The position numbers were made by a program, and so were the translations under genes. The notes below the pieces were generated by a model, which saw nothing but the letters and a program-made list of their open reading frames with translations, did no database searches and was not told where the DNA came from. Of a stretch of DNA of 64,000 nucleotides, positions 30,203 to 40,159 are shown in pieces; within the stretch, counting starts at the first letter, position 1; the number at the start of each line of letters is the position of its first letter. The stretch is from an uncultured Verrucomicrobiae bacterium (GTDB lineage Bacteria > Verrucomicrobiota > Verrucomicrobiia > Chthoniobacterales > UBA10450), in the NCBI GenBank assembly GCA_963735805.1, contig CAVTMK010000004.1, positions 224,001 through 288,000 on the forward strand. The letters run 5' to 3'.

Positions 30203-31966
30203 TTAGCCTGGTGGCGTAGGGCGAGGCCTTGGTGTTGGAATGCGTCTTGGGGTTGGAGCCGGCCTTGGCGTGACGCTGGGTGTTGCAGTCTGGGTAGGAG
30301 TAGGCGTTGCTGTCGGCGTAGCGGTGGGTGTGGCTGTCGGTGTTGGTGTTGGCGTAGCGCTGGGCGTCGGTGTCGCCGTAGGCATGGGAGTGGGTGTAGG
30401 TGTGCCGACTGGGCAGTGATTAAAAGCCATGTGCGCGCTGAGCGCGCCATTTTGAGCACCAGGTGTCGCGACATTGAGGGTGCCGATGTTGCCATTTATT
30501 GCGGGCCAGGAGTCCATTGAGCCAAATGTGCCGCCGATCGGTGTGGGATCACCGCGCCGCGCGGCAATCAACAAATTGCCGTCAGTCAACCCAAGGACGA
30601 GGCGGTCGCTTGTTCCGTTGCTATCAAGGTTGGCCCAGAACACGACATTCCCTGCCGGGTCGATTGTCTGCATTGGATTACGAGAGAATGCCAGGCCAAG
30701 ACATTGTCCGCCGTCGATAGAATCGAAAAACACGACGACTTTTCGCCAATTTCCAGGAGCTCCGGCGAACCAACCGGAGTTCGTGGTAGCCGGAGTGGGA
30801 TGGTAATCGGCAAAGAATGCAATTTGGCCTGAACTATTAATTGAAGGTGCCTGCATATCCAGATAGGTGCCACCGATAGGCGTAGCATCAGGAACCTTCA
30901 CGTACCATTCATCGACCTGGTTAGTGCGAACGACGATGCCGCGGCTCGTGATGCCGCCGCTCACGATGGCACGGAAGGCAATCTGGTCTGAGTCATTAAT
31001 ATCGGGAACGGGACCAGTGGGAATAGAGGTTCCGTCCTGGAAGCCGAAACTCTCAGTGCCAAGGCCGGTATAAGTTCCGCCCTCCGGCGCGGGATCGCCG
31101 ACGGCGGCAACCTTTGTTACAACGCCATTGTCCCACATGAACAAGTTGCTGTTGATTGTTTCACCAAGCTGCGAGGCTAGGAACACGACCTTCCCGTTGT
31201 TGTTGATGGAGCCCGGACCAACCGCGCCGAATGTGCCTCCGATCGGAGAAGGATCACCAACGGCGGCTATCTTGACAATTTGACCGGAAGCAGCCTGATA
31301 AAGGAACAGTGCTCGTCGTGAATCGCCGCCGTTGACGTCGCAAAAGAAAAGTACGTCGCCCGCGTCATTGATATCCGGAGTGAAGACGGTGCCGAAAAAG
31401 AAGCCACCGAAATGTCCACCTATGGGTGAAGCATCACCGCAACTGGAAGTTGTGTCTCCACTACCGCCCGGGAGGCCGCAGCCAATAGCGATTGCACTGA
31501 TGGTGCCGTCTGCGTCGGCAACGAACACACCCTGGTTGCGGTCTGAGCCATCCACCTGCGAATTAAATGCGACGCGCCCGGATGCGTTAACCGTGGTAGG
31601 ATTGATGAAAGCCACGGGATCCAGCGTCCCGCCATTGGTATTAGGGGCAGGTTGGCCGTGTGCGGCGCGTGATTCGACTCCGCAAATAGTACCCGACGGA
31701 GACCCAGGGCTCGTGACACTGTAAATTTGTTGCGGTGAGGCGGTCTGCGAACGTTCCGCATTATCGTGAACTCTTACGATCGTCCTGATGCCGTTGGCGC
31801 CAGAAAGATTATTGCGTGGCGCCTCGGAATTGGTCTGGAACTTCTTGGTAGTCTGCTGTTGGCCCTGTGCAAGCCGTATCGCACCGATGGCGCTAAACAA
31901 CAGAGCGATGAAAAACACGCCTCGAAAAAGACGTGTTCCGATAATAGTAAGCAGTCGTTTATTCAT
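30203..31966 (-). CDS. Secreted NxxGxxAF ('choice-of-anchor') tandem-repeat protein with PRPTP tail
   Basis: Repeats INxxGxVxF and IAAVGDPxPxGGTF; ends [16 protein letters not shown]. Confidence 0.85.
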   Translation of the reverse strand: MNKRLLTIIGTRLFRGVFFIALLFSAIGAIRLAQGQQQTTKKFQTNSEAPRNNLSGANGIRTIVRVHDNAERSQTASPQQIYSVTSPGSPSGTICGVESRAAHGQPAPNTNGGTLDPVAFINPTTVNASGRVAFNSQVDGSDRNQGVFVADADGTISAIAIGCGLPGGSGDTTSSCGDASPIGGHFGGFFFGTVFTPDINDAGDVLFFCDVNGGDSRRALFLYQAASGQIVKIAAVGDPSPIGGTFGAVGPGSINNNGKVVFLASQLGETINSNLFMWDNGVVTKVAAVGDPAPEGGTYTGLGTESFGFQDGTSIPTGPVPDINDSDQIAFRAIVSGGITSRGIVVRTNQVDEWYVKVPDATPIGGTYLDMQAPSINSSGQIAFFADYHPTPATTNSGWFAGAPGNWRKVVVFFDSIDGGQCLGLAFSRNPMQTIDPAGNVVFWANLDSNGTSDRLVLGLTDGNLLIAARRGDPTPIGGTFGSMDSWPAINGNIGTLNVATPGAQNGALSAHMAFNHCPVGTPTPTPMPTATPTPSATPTPTPTATPTATPTATPTPTQTATPSVTPRPAPTPRRIPTPRPRPTPPG

Positions 31967-32002
31967 TTTTAGTTATCCTCCTTATATTTTGAGGCGGCGC
32001 CC

Positions 32003-34432
32003 TTAATGCGGTGTGGGGCGCGGCCTCGGGGTCGGACGAGACCTTGGCGTTGGAGTTGGCCTGGGAGATGCCGTCGGTGTAGGTGTAGCTGTCGGGGTAG
32101 GACTGGGGGTGGGCGTTGTTGTCGGCGTTGGGCTTGGTGAAGGTGTAGGAGTGGGTGTCCCTGTCGACAGGTTCGTGGCGTAGCTTCCCTTGGCGCTAGC
32201 CAATAACAGCCGGGAATTTCCGGCAAACGCCAATTCAACAGGAGCAACGACGTTTTCAAGTCCGCTGGCGAATGGCGCGAACGTGGTTCCGCCATCCTGC
32301 GAGCGCAGCACAGCGTCGCCGCCGCTCAATTGCGTGACAAAGAGCGTCTGATCATCAGTTGGATGGCAGGCAACATCTCCAAGGGTCTGGTTTCCAGTAA
32401 ACCCGGTCGGAGCCCAGCTAACGCCGCCATCGGTTGTACGGAATAGACCGCCTGACTGGAAACTAAGCGAGGCGGACACGATCAGACTCAGCGGGTTTGT
32501 GGGTGAAGCACACAATCGAGGACTTCGGAAGAACGCGGGGAGGCCAGTGGAAGAGTCAAACCATGATGCGCCGTTGTCGGTTGAACGCAGCGCACCACCA
32601 ATGTTATCGCCTGATTCGCTGTTCCAAACCGCGACCATGTTCTGGTCGGTGCCATCCTGAATAATCTCAAAGTCGGTTACCCGGTGGAAATCGCCTACCT
32701 CATAAACCTTAGTCCAACTCCCGCCGGTGTCGGTACTGCGCCAGATAGTTGCTTCGAAACCGGCTACGCCGAAATCAGAGCCACCCAGCAGGATTAGGTT
32801 GGAGTTGTTAAGGCTAAAACGCATGGTGTTTAGGTCGGATTCGTACAAAGGACCCTGGTCGGGACCGAGTGATGTCCAGATTCCGTTGTTCTCGCGGCGG
32901 TACAAGCCTTCGGGAGCTATGCTCGATGGCCCGCTCGAAATGGCGTAGAGCGTACCATCGGGCGCAAAGCGCACATTACTGTATCGCGTCGGCGGCGCAG
33001 ATTCGAGCAGCCAGGTCGCGCCGCTGTCGGTAGAGGAAAACACTCCTCCATTGTTTTGACCCTGAAACGCGACCGCGATCTCATCCGGGTTGAGTGGATT
33101 AGCGTCAATCGAGAAGAGATCCAGTTCAGAAATTCCTTCCGAGGACTGGACAAGGGTGTCGCCACCGTTCGTAGAACGATACACTGCGAGCGAACTGGTA
33201 CCCAGAAAAAGTTCCTGTGAGTCGCCGGGTCGAAACCGAATCGAGCGTCCGGCCAATGCCTGGCTATTCCCAATACCGATCTGCCAAGTAGCTCCGCCGT
33301 CAGTGGTGCGATTGACTCCGCCGCCATCTATAGCCACAAAAATTCTCGCAGCGTCGTTGGGATCGACAGCAATATCTTCGACTACCAGGACCGGCCAGGT
33401 GTTATCATGCAACGGAGTCCAAGTAACACCCAAATCCGGCGACTCATATAGGCCGACGAATTGTGAGCCGAATAGCAACCCGCCGCCGACGAGCAGACGT
33501 GTGCCATCATAAACCACCGCGTTGAGAGGATTGCCGGGAAGACCTGCCGAACGATCTGTCCACGAATCGCCACCGTCCGTTGTTACCCATACCTCACCGC
33601 CGCCGAAAGCTCCGCCGAAAACAGCAATTACTGTGTTCGAATCGTTGGGATCAACCGCGATACCGCTACAGGATAACGGTGCATGCGGTGGCGTGCGATT
33701 CGTCCAAGTCGCACCGCCGTCGGTCGAGCGCATGACGTTGACTGGTTGCGCGCCACTGGCATCGGCGACTCCTGTCCAAAGATTCGACGGATTGGAAGGA
33801 TCGATCGCCACATCGAATACCTGGTCGTTGGCGCCAATGCCAAGGTTCAACGTTACAAAACTTAGACCGCCGTCGGTGCTCTTCCGAACGCTATCCTGGG
33901 TACCCAGGTAAGCAGTGCCGTCTGGTGCGAACTCGATGTCGAAGACACTCGTGCCGTCCAGAGCTTGAACTTCCGCCCACGTGTTACCTCCGTCACTGGA
34001 ACGATAAAGCGTACCGCCAAAACTACCGCCCGGCGCGAGACCAGCGAGCGCTACGTTGGTATCCAGGGTCGAGACAGCAGCATCGAATACATCTCCTCCC
34101 GGGGGTCCGAGTGAAACCCAGGCCGCGCTTCCAACAGGTCTTTTGGCGAGATGTTTTGCGGGCAGAGCAGCTCCGGATGTAATGTCGTTGGCGCGATTTC
34201 CTTTTTCGTCGAGATAACGCTGGGAACCGCCTCTCCGCTCAACATCGTTTGATTGTGGCTGGACATTAGCGGTAGCCGGTGCGCTCTGAAGCGAGCCGCT
34301 TGACTCAGCGGGCCCTTTCGAGTTGGCACCAAACCCAACGAGTGCAAAAAAGCAGCCGAGTAATACAAGGACGAGGCTCATTAAAAGACGAGCGTTAGAA
34401 AAAGCGCATTGAGAATTGGATGGGTGTTTCAT
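32003..34432 (-). CDS. Secreted BNR/Asp-box (VPS10/sialidase-like) propeller protein with PRPTP tail
   Basis: WVSLGPPGGDV, repeated RSTDGGxTW and AVDP; ends [15 protein letters not shown]. Confidence 0.88.
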   Translation of the reverse strand: MKHPSNSQCAFSNARLLMSLVLVLLGCFFALVGFGANSKGPAESSGSLQSAPATANVQPQSNDVERRGGSQRYLDEKGNRANDITSGAALPAKHLAKRPVGSAAWVSLGPPGGDVFDAAVSTLDTNVALAGLAPGGSFGGTLYRSSDGGNTWAEVQALDGTSVFDIEFAPDGTAYLGTQDSVRKSTDGGLSFVTLNLGIGANDQVFDVAIDPSNPSNLWTGVADASGAQPVNVMRSTDGGATWTNRTPPHAPLSCSGIAVDPNDSNTVIAVFGGAFGGGEVWVTTDGGDSWTDRSAGLPGNPLNAVVYDGTRLLVGGGLLFGSQFVGLYESPDLGVTWTPLHDNTWPVLVVEDIAVDPNDAARIFVAIDGGGVNRTTDGGATWQIGIGNSQALAGRSIRFRPGDSQELFLGTSSLAVYRSTNGGDTLVQSSEGISELDLFSIDANPLNPDEIAVAFQGQNNGGVFSSTDSGATWLLESAPPTRYSNVRFAPDGTLYAISSGPSSIAPEGLYRRENNGIWTSLGPDQGPLYESDLNTMRFSLNNSNLILLGGSDFGVAGFEATIWRSTDTGGSWTKVYEVGDFHRVTDFEIIQDGTDQNMVAVWNSESGDNIGGALRSTDNGASWFDSSTGLPAFFRSPRLCASPTNPLSLIVSASLSFQSGGLFRTTDGGVSWAPTGFTGNQTLGDVACHPTDDQTLFVTQLSGGDAVLRSQDGGTTFAPFASGLENVVAPVELAFAGNSRLLLASAKGSYATNLSTGTPTPTPSPSPTPTTTPTPSPTPTATPTPTASPRPTPTPRSRPTPRPRPTPH

Positions 34433-34456
34433 CGGTTAGGGTGAGTTGTTGAAGTG

Positions 34457-35548
34457 TTAGTGTGGCGGCGTGGGGCGCGGCCTTGGGGTTGGACGGGATC
34501 TGGGCGTTGGCGCAGGTCTAGGTGTGACAGTGGGTGTTGGAGTTACGCTTGGCGTTGGTGTAACCGTCGGTGTTGGAGTCGGCGACGGCTCGCCACCATT
34601 TGTCGTCCTTAGAATAACGCCGCCATCGCCAACCGCTACGCCTCTCAATGCATCGCTGGCAAACGCGACATCGTGGAGGTTTGCAGTGCTTCCGCTTATT
34701 TGATCGACCCAGGTAGCTCCGGTATCCGTCGTGTGCGTGATTCTACCCCCCGAACCAACGGCGAAGCCGCTGGTCGGTGTTGGGAAAGTAACGCCTTCGA
34801 TCGGCTGATCGAAGAATAACGTTGACCAATTCATCCCCGCATCAGTGGTTCTTGCAATTGCGCCCGTCCCGTCAAAAACGCTTCCTGAGACGAGGCCGGT
34901 GTTTTGATCGAAGAAAAACACATCATTAGCGCCGCCCTCGTTTCCGTCGAAATAGAAGTTCTGAAAAGTCCAACTCGCTCCGCCGTCAGTCGTATTGCCA
35001 ACGAACGCTTGAAAGATCGAATTCTCTCCCGCGACGAATCCGGTTGTGCCGCTCAGCATCTGAGCGCCCGGGAATCCGCCGCCGAAGAATCCACTCTGAC
35101 TGATCTGCCAGGACGCTCCTGAGTCAGTCGAGTAAAGAATATCCTGCGAATCCCCTCCGCAAATTCCGTTTGTCCCGTTAAACGAGACTGATCTGAGACT
35201 ATCTGCTACGCCGCTGGCAACGCTTTGCCAGGCAGCGCCACCGTCAGTCGTGCGGAGAATCGTGCCGCTATCGCCGACGGCAACTCCCTGATCGGAGTCG
35301 AGAAAATAGACCCCGTGCAACGTCGTACTTGTCCCCGATGTAAGCGGCGACCAGGTCGCTCCGTCGTCGGTGCTTTTCAGAATCGTTCCCGTATCTCCCA
35401 CCACGAAACCTGTGCCGGAATCAAGGAGAATAGCGCTGTTCAAATTGCTAGTCGTCCCCGAATCAACCGGAGACCATTGCCCAAAAACTTCAAAGCTCGA
35501 AAAGAGCACGAGGAAGAATGTGAAACAGATTGCTTTGAAACTAGACAT
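34457..35548 (-). CDS. Secreted YCF48-like single propeller with PRPTP tail
   Basis: Signal peptide ending VFG-QW; about 7 repeats VGDxGTILRTTDGG; ends [16 protein letters not shown]. Confidence 0.88.
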   Translation of the reverse strand: MSSFKAICFTFFLVLFSSFEVFGQWSPVDSGTTSNLNSAILLDSGTGFVVGDTGTILKSTDDGATWSPLTSGTSTTLHGVYFLDSDQGVAVGDSGTILRTTDGGAAWQSVASGVADSLRSVSFNGTNGICGGDSQDILYSTDSGASWQISQSGFFGGGFPGAQMLSGTTGFVAGENSIFQAFVGNTTDGGASWTFQNFYFDGNEGGANDVFFFDQNTGLVSGSVFDGTGAIARTTDAGMNWSTLFFDQPIEGVTFPTPTSGFAVGSGGRITHTTDTGATWVDQISGSTANLHDVAFASDALRGVAVGDGGVILRTTNGGEPSPTPTPTVTPTPSVTPTPTVTPRPAPTPRSRPTPRPRPTPPH

Positions 35549-35727
35549 AGGTTCCCTCCAGATTTTTGGTTAGCTTCTCTGCTCCCTGAGGCGAGTAGCC
35601 GCGCATTATTGCTAGCGACAACGTTGCGTGACGTCAACGGTCTTCTGCCGATTCAAGTTAGTTGATCGTAAATTTTTCCCAAAAAACGGGAGCGAACATC
35701 GAATGGGTGTTGCCGCTCCCTGAACAA

Positions 35728-36438
35728 TCAGCTTTTTCGTTTGTGTCCGATTTCTTCCAGCAATTCGATTTGGATCTGCTGAATCTCGAACAAACGGTTA
35801 TATTGCCGGCGCAGTAGATGATCGAGTTTCTCGTGTAGGTGCCGGATCTCGAGCTCGGCTTTCAAATTGACTTTGTAATCGTTCTCTGCCCGTAAGCGAT
35901 CGCGCGCCTCGGCGCGGTTTTGGCTCATCATGATGACCGGCGCCTGGACGGCGGCGAGACAGGAAAGAATCAGATTGAGGAGGATGAATGGATAGGGATC
36001 GAAGGCATGCGTCACGAGAAGCACGCCGTTAATGACGATCCAAACGAAGAGCACGGCGCCAAAGGTGATGAGAAATTTCCAGCTGCCACCAAACTCCGCG
36101 ATGTGATCGGAGAGTCGCTCACCGAAGGTCAGCTTTTTATCGAATTGCTTGCTGAGGTCGTTGGACAGAATCTCGTGTTGTTGCAGGCTCTCGATGACTT
36201 CCTGATCAAGCGCTGAAAGCTCGCCGATTTCTTCCTCCAGGACTTCTTTCACATAATCTTTGCGGAATGCGCCCAGATCATCCAAACAAATAAAGCCTTT
36301 GCTATCCAAGCCAGGTACTCGCTTCTTGATGAATTCGAAAAGAGATGGCCGGATCAGCTCCGCCACCATTCCGCCTTGGGATGATTTTGGTTTCTTGCAG
36401 ATTTGGCAGATGTGAAGCGTGGTGGCAGCCTGGCTCAT
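35728..36438 (-). CDS. DUF1003 membrane protein
   Basis: FGGSWKF, FDPYPFILLNLILSCLAAVQAPVIMMSQNR, NLKAELEI. Confidence 0.92.
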   Translation of the reverse strand: MSQAATTLHICQICKKPKSSQGGMVAELIRPSLFEFIKKRVPGLDSKGFICLDDLGAFRKDYVKEVLEEEIGELSALDQEVIESLQQHEILSNDLSKQFDKKLTFGERLSDHIAEFGGSWKFLITFGAVLFVWIVINGVLLVTHAFDPYPFILLNLILSCLAAVQAPVIMMSQNRAEARDRLRAENDYKVNLKAELEIRHLHEKLDHLLRRQYNRLFEIQQIQIELLEEIGHKRKS

Positions 36439-36523
36439 CGTAATTTCGCTGCTGAATTAAGCTGCTCTCCGGTCACTTGTCGATGCCCGCTTGAATCGGT
36501 AACCGTCGACCCTAAGATTCCGC

Positions 36524-37078
36524 ATGGAAGAAGCAGAAGTTCCTCTCGAGCATTTGCACGAAAAAGTAAGGGAGACAGCAGAACATAGCGGTGACCCTTG
36601 GATGTCGTGGGTCGCATTGAGCACAGCTATTCTTGCGGTGTTGGCCGCGATCGCGGGACTGCTCTCCGGACAACACGTTAACGAGGCGATGATGAACCAA
36701 ATTGAAGCGTCCGATCAATGGAACTATTACCAGGCTAAGGGCATCAAAGCTTCAGTGCTGGATGCAAAAATGTCACTCGCTGGCGTGCACGACCAATCGG
36801 ACCAATCAAAACGGGATCGTTACGAGAAACAGCAGGAAGAGATCAAATCGGAAGCCGAGCGCAAGGAGACCGCGGCGAAACTGAACTTTCACAAGCACGA
36901 GGTGTTCGCGCGCGGTGTGACCATGTTTCAAATCGCGATTGCCATCGCGGCAATTTCCGCGCTTACAAGGAAGCGCTCGTTTTGGTTTGTGAGTTTGGTC
37001 TTCGGTGTCATCGGCTGCATTTTCCTCGTTCTGGCACAACTGGGAAGTTCTCTCGAAAGCTTGTTCAAAAATCACTAG
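36524..37078 (+). CDS. DUF4337 family membrane protein
   Basis: VALSTAILAVLAAI, ASDQWNYYQAK, FQIAIAIAAIS. Confidence 0.85.
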   Translation: MEEAEVPLEHLHEKVRETAEHSGDPWMSWVALSTAILAVLAAIAGLLSGQHVNEAMMNQIEASDQWNYYQAKGIKASVLDAKMSLAGVHDQSDQSKRDRYEKQQEEIKSEAERKETAAKLNFHKHEVFARGVTMFQIAIAIAAISALTRKRSFWFVSLVFGVIGCIFLVLAQLGSSLESLFKNH

Positions 37079-37092
37079 GCCGGATCTGAACC

Positions 37093-37914
37093 TCACGGAT
37101 GATCGATCGCGGTATGATCATCGGACATGCCTTTCTCGCCCAGCCAAGGGAAATAGCGTCGCGGGCGGGTGATGCGTTTGAGCCCGAACGGTTCGATCGC
37201 CTTGTTTTGAATATGCGCAACGGCTTCGTCCACCGAATCGGTCACGTAGATCAGGCTCAGGTCTTTGGCGGCGATCATGCCTCGCTGCGCCATCGTTTCG
37301 ATGAAATGGAGCAGTTCTTTCCAATAATCGATGCCCATAATGACAATGGGGAAGTTGTTAATCTTCGCGGTTTGAATCAGGGTGAGCGCTTCGAAAAGCT
37401 CATCGAGCGTGCCGGCGCCGCCAGGCATGACAACGAACGCATAGGAATATTTAACAAGGAGCGTCTTGCGAACGAAGAAATAATGCAGGCGGACGCAGCG
37501 ATCGAGGTATGCATTCGTCGGTTGCTCGGACGGTAGCTCGATGGTGCACCCAACTGAACGGCCACCGGCTTCCTTGGCGCCGCGATTCGCAGCTTCCATG
37601 ATGCCGGGGCCACCACCGGTGATAACAGTGAAGCCAAGTCGCGCAATAGCCGCGCCCATTTTCCTAGCCAGTTCATAGTACGGCTCCCCAGACTTAATCC
37701 GGGCTGAACCAAAAACAGTCACGCATGGACCGACGAAATGGAGAGTCCGAAAACCGCGCAGAAAATCGCGCATCACCTTCAAGAGGGTGAAGAACTCTTC
37801 GAAACGCGAGCGCGGCCCTTCAAGAAAGATTTCATCGTCCGGGTCTGAAGTAACGGGGTGCGCAGAACTGCAAACCTCTGGCGTAACGGTGATCGAGTCG
37901 TGGTCGTTTTGCAC
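37093..37914 (-). CDS. LOG family (TIGR00730) nucleotide phosphoribohydrolase
   Basis: VTVFGSAR, TGGGPGIMEAANRGA, YFFVRK, PGGAGTLDELFE. Confidence 0.92.
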   Translation of the reverse strand: MQNDHDSITVTPEVCSSAHPVTSDPDDEIFLEGPRSRFEEFFTLLKVMRDFLRGFRTLHFVGPCVTVFGSARIKSGEPYYELARKMGAAIARLGFTVITGGGPGIMEAANRGAKEAGGRSVGCTIELPSEQPTNAYLDRCVRLHYFFVRKTLLVKYSYAFVVMPGGAGTLDELFEALTLIQTAKINNFPIVIMGIDYWKELLHFIETMAQRGMIAAKDLSLIYVTDSVDEAVAHIQNKAIEPFGLKRITRPRRYFPWLGEKGMSDDHTAIDHP

Positions 37915-37950
37915 GAAAGTTTTGATTAATCGCTGCCCGCTCGCGTAAAG

Positions 37951-38265
37951 CTAAACCCGAGTATCTCCAGGTGGCATGTCTTTGCGACTCGAAACAACAT
38001 TGCTCGCCATTTGACGAACTTTTTTCAACCAGCGCCGCGCCCAAGCGTATTCAGTTGCGAGGATAGCCAGGCCCAGGGGAATAACGATGAATGCAGGTCC
38101 TGGCAAAACCAAAAGCGCAATTCCGATCACCAGAACGGTAGCTCCAACCACGGAGACGAGCACTCGTCTGGCGACCTTGATGTTCTCGGTGCTCCAAATA
38201 CGGGAGAGACGTTTCATCCACGATGTCGAGCCCATTAACGGTTCGTTGCGAATCGGAGGCGTCAT
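37951..38265 (-). CDS. PGPGW-family small membrane protein
   Basis: LLVLPGPAFIVIPLGLAILATEYAWARRWL; start uncertain. Confidence 0.8.
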   Translation of the reverse strand: MTPPIRNEPLMGSTSWMKRLSRIWSTENIKVARRVLVSVVGATVLVIGIALLVLPGPAFIVIPLGLAILATEYAWARRWLKKVRQMASNVVSSRKDMPPGDTRV

Positions 38266-38351
38266 GGAATTGAATCGTCGCGTACACCAGATTCGACCGC
38301 GGTTTGGGAGGCAAGGCCTCCTTCAAAATGCCAAGTCAACGTTTCTACTGA

Positions 38352-38849
38352 TTAGCCTTTGATGGCCGCCTGTAAACGGTCGAGAAGAGGTATCTGGGTC
38401 TCCTTGATCTTGCGTCTGGCAACTTCGTCAGAAAAAAAGCGCGCCTGGTCAACCTCTGGAAACATCTTGCGCTTGCCGGAATGTGGCGGCCATTCCATTT
38501 CGAACAAGTTTGATTTCATCTCGAATGGTTGAGGCAAATCGCCTTGGAAAGCCCATGCGTGCACAGTTTTGCCGCCTTTTTGTTTTATCCACCCAAGCGC
38601 AATCCAATCCAGAACACCTTCGGGACGGAAACCGACCTCTTCCTCAAATTCAATCTGAGCGCGTGTAAGCAGATCTTCTCCCGGAGCCGCCTCGCCCTTT
38701 GGGATGGTCCATATCCCGTCGTCCTTATGAGCGAAGAGTGGTCCACCGGGATGCGCCAGCAGAAATTCGATCTGATTGTTCCTTCGCCGGAACATTAGAA
38801 GACCAGCGCTGATGCGGCTCCGTGGGGATTCCGATTTTTCGCGAATCAT
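38352..38849 (-). CDS. NUDIX-superfamily hydrolase
   Basis: SAGLLM, HPGGP...WTIPKGE...EFEEEVG, FPEVD. Confidence 0.88.
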   Translation of the reverse strand: MIREKSESPRSRISAGLLMFRRRNNQIEFLLAHPGGPLFAHKDDGIWTIPKGEAAPGEDLLTRAQIEFEEEVGFRPEGVLDWIALGWIKQKGGKTVHAWAFQGDLPQPFEMKSNLFEMEWPPHSGKRKMFPEVDQARFFSDEVARRKIKETQIPLLDRLQAAIKG

Positions 38850-39574
38850 TTTGCACCGGGAACATGCCCGACATCTTTTGCGGCTGTCGCCCCATTTCCC
38901 TTTTTGTCGCCCCAGAGATGCAATGTATAGGTAAAGACGATGTAGCCCATTAAGCGGCTCGGATCGTCGTTACTGAAGTAGATTGCTGGATTGAACTGGA
39001 AATCGGGTGTGACGTTGCAGGTGAAACCGATCGTCGACGAATTTTCAGAACCGCTCTGCCAATCGACTTGCAGTCGCCATCTCTCATTGAAGTCGTAGGC
39101 ATAACCGAGGATTGCTTCGTTCTTGTAGCCGGCATGAATGGCTCCCACGATTACTTTGTTATGCTCGGTGTAGTAGCCCGCTTCGATATAGGGTTGTGGA
39201 TCTACGCCCAGGTGAGGCGACCAATTCACGAATCCCACTGAAAGAAGAAAAGGCTCTTTCGTTAACAATCCGATCTCCGTCCCGAAGATCCAATCATCCG
39301 GTTGGAATCCGCGAAACACCGCTACCTCAGCCCATTTCGTTAACCCCAGTTCGGCTTGCAATTCATACGGATTGGCAATGCGCTTATCTTGAATTTGCAG
39401 ACTCAACGAGAGATCGCCTTCCCCTTGCAGATCTGGCGTCACAATTTGACTTAAACCTTTTGTCGTAGCGAGTGCCGAGGGAACGCTCCAAAGAATAGCG
39501 ATCATAATGACAATGATCTTTAGGCAGCCGATGAATTCTGCGTTTGGCGTGGGTTTGCGCACAGCGTTCGACAT
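38846..39574 (-). CDS. Hypothetical exported, probable beta-barrel protein
   Basis: Signal-like segment, alternating aromatic strands; start uncertain. Confidence 0.6.
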   Translation of the reverse strand: MSNAVRKPTPNAEFIGCLKIIVIMIAILWSVPSALATTKGLSQIVTPDLQGEGDLSLSLQIQDKRIANPYELQAELGLTKWAEVAVFRGFQPDDWIFGTEIGLLTKEPFLLSVGFVNWSPHLGVDPQPYIEAGYYTEHNKVIVGAIHAGYKNEAILGYAYDFNERWRLQVDWQSGSENSSTIGFTCNVTPDFQFNPAIYFSNDDPSRLMGYIVFTYTLHLWGDKKGNGATAAKDVGHVPGAK

Positions 39575-39655
39575 TTAGCCGCGAGTAAAACGGTTGTTTG
39601 CGAATTTGTCGATTCCATGTTGAACCGAGGCCGGGCGATTTTAAGATTAACAATA

Positions 39656-40159
39656 ATGCGCGTGCTCGCCGTCGACGCTTCCTTGCGTAACACCGGTGTC
39701 GCGATTGTCGATGCAAACAATGGCAAACCGCAGTCCCTCTATTTCGGGACGATCCACAATGGCAGCTCCTTGCGTTCTTCGTCGTGTCTGGTCGCGATTC
39801 GCGATCGGTTGGTCGAACTCATTCGGGAACACGAACCGGACTGTTGCGCGCTCGAATCGGTCATTTACGTGCAGAGCTATAAGACCGCGATTCTGCTCGG
39901 AGCCGCGCGCGGCGCCGCCATCCTGGCTGCCGCAGAAAATGGACTACCTGTTTTTGAGTATTCACCGAAACGAATCAAACAGTCCACCGTTGGACGCGGC
40001 GGGGCGGACAAAAATCAGGTGGCATTCATGGTGCGCGCCCTTCTCGGGTTAACGGAAACGCCGGATGCAGATTCCGCCGATGCGCTGGCGATCGGGCTGA
40101 CGCATTTGCGCTCGCAGGAGGTCGCACGTCTGGGCGTCCCCGGAGCAGCGCGGATATGA
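39656..40159 (+). CDS. ruvC: Holliday junction resolvase RuvC
   Basis: VLAVDASLRNTG, ALE, LGAARG, EYSP..IKQSTVG.G.ADK.QV, DSADALAI. Confidence 0.93.
   Translation: MRVLAVDASLRNTGVAIVDANNGKPQSLYFGTIHNGSSLRSSSCLVAIRDRLVELIREHEPDCCALESVIYVQSYKTAILLGAARGAAILAAAENGLPVFEYSPKRIKQSTVGRGGADKNQVAFMVRALLGLTETPDADSADALAIGLTHLRSQEVARLGVPGAARI

Noticed and set aside
30169..30495. N-terminal extension of the 765-aa YCF48-like ORF
   Set aside because: Off-frame read of the upstream gene's PT tail; the signal peptide and paralogue comparison place the start at 30168.
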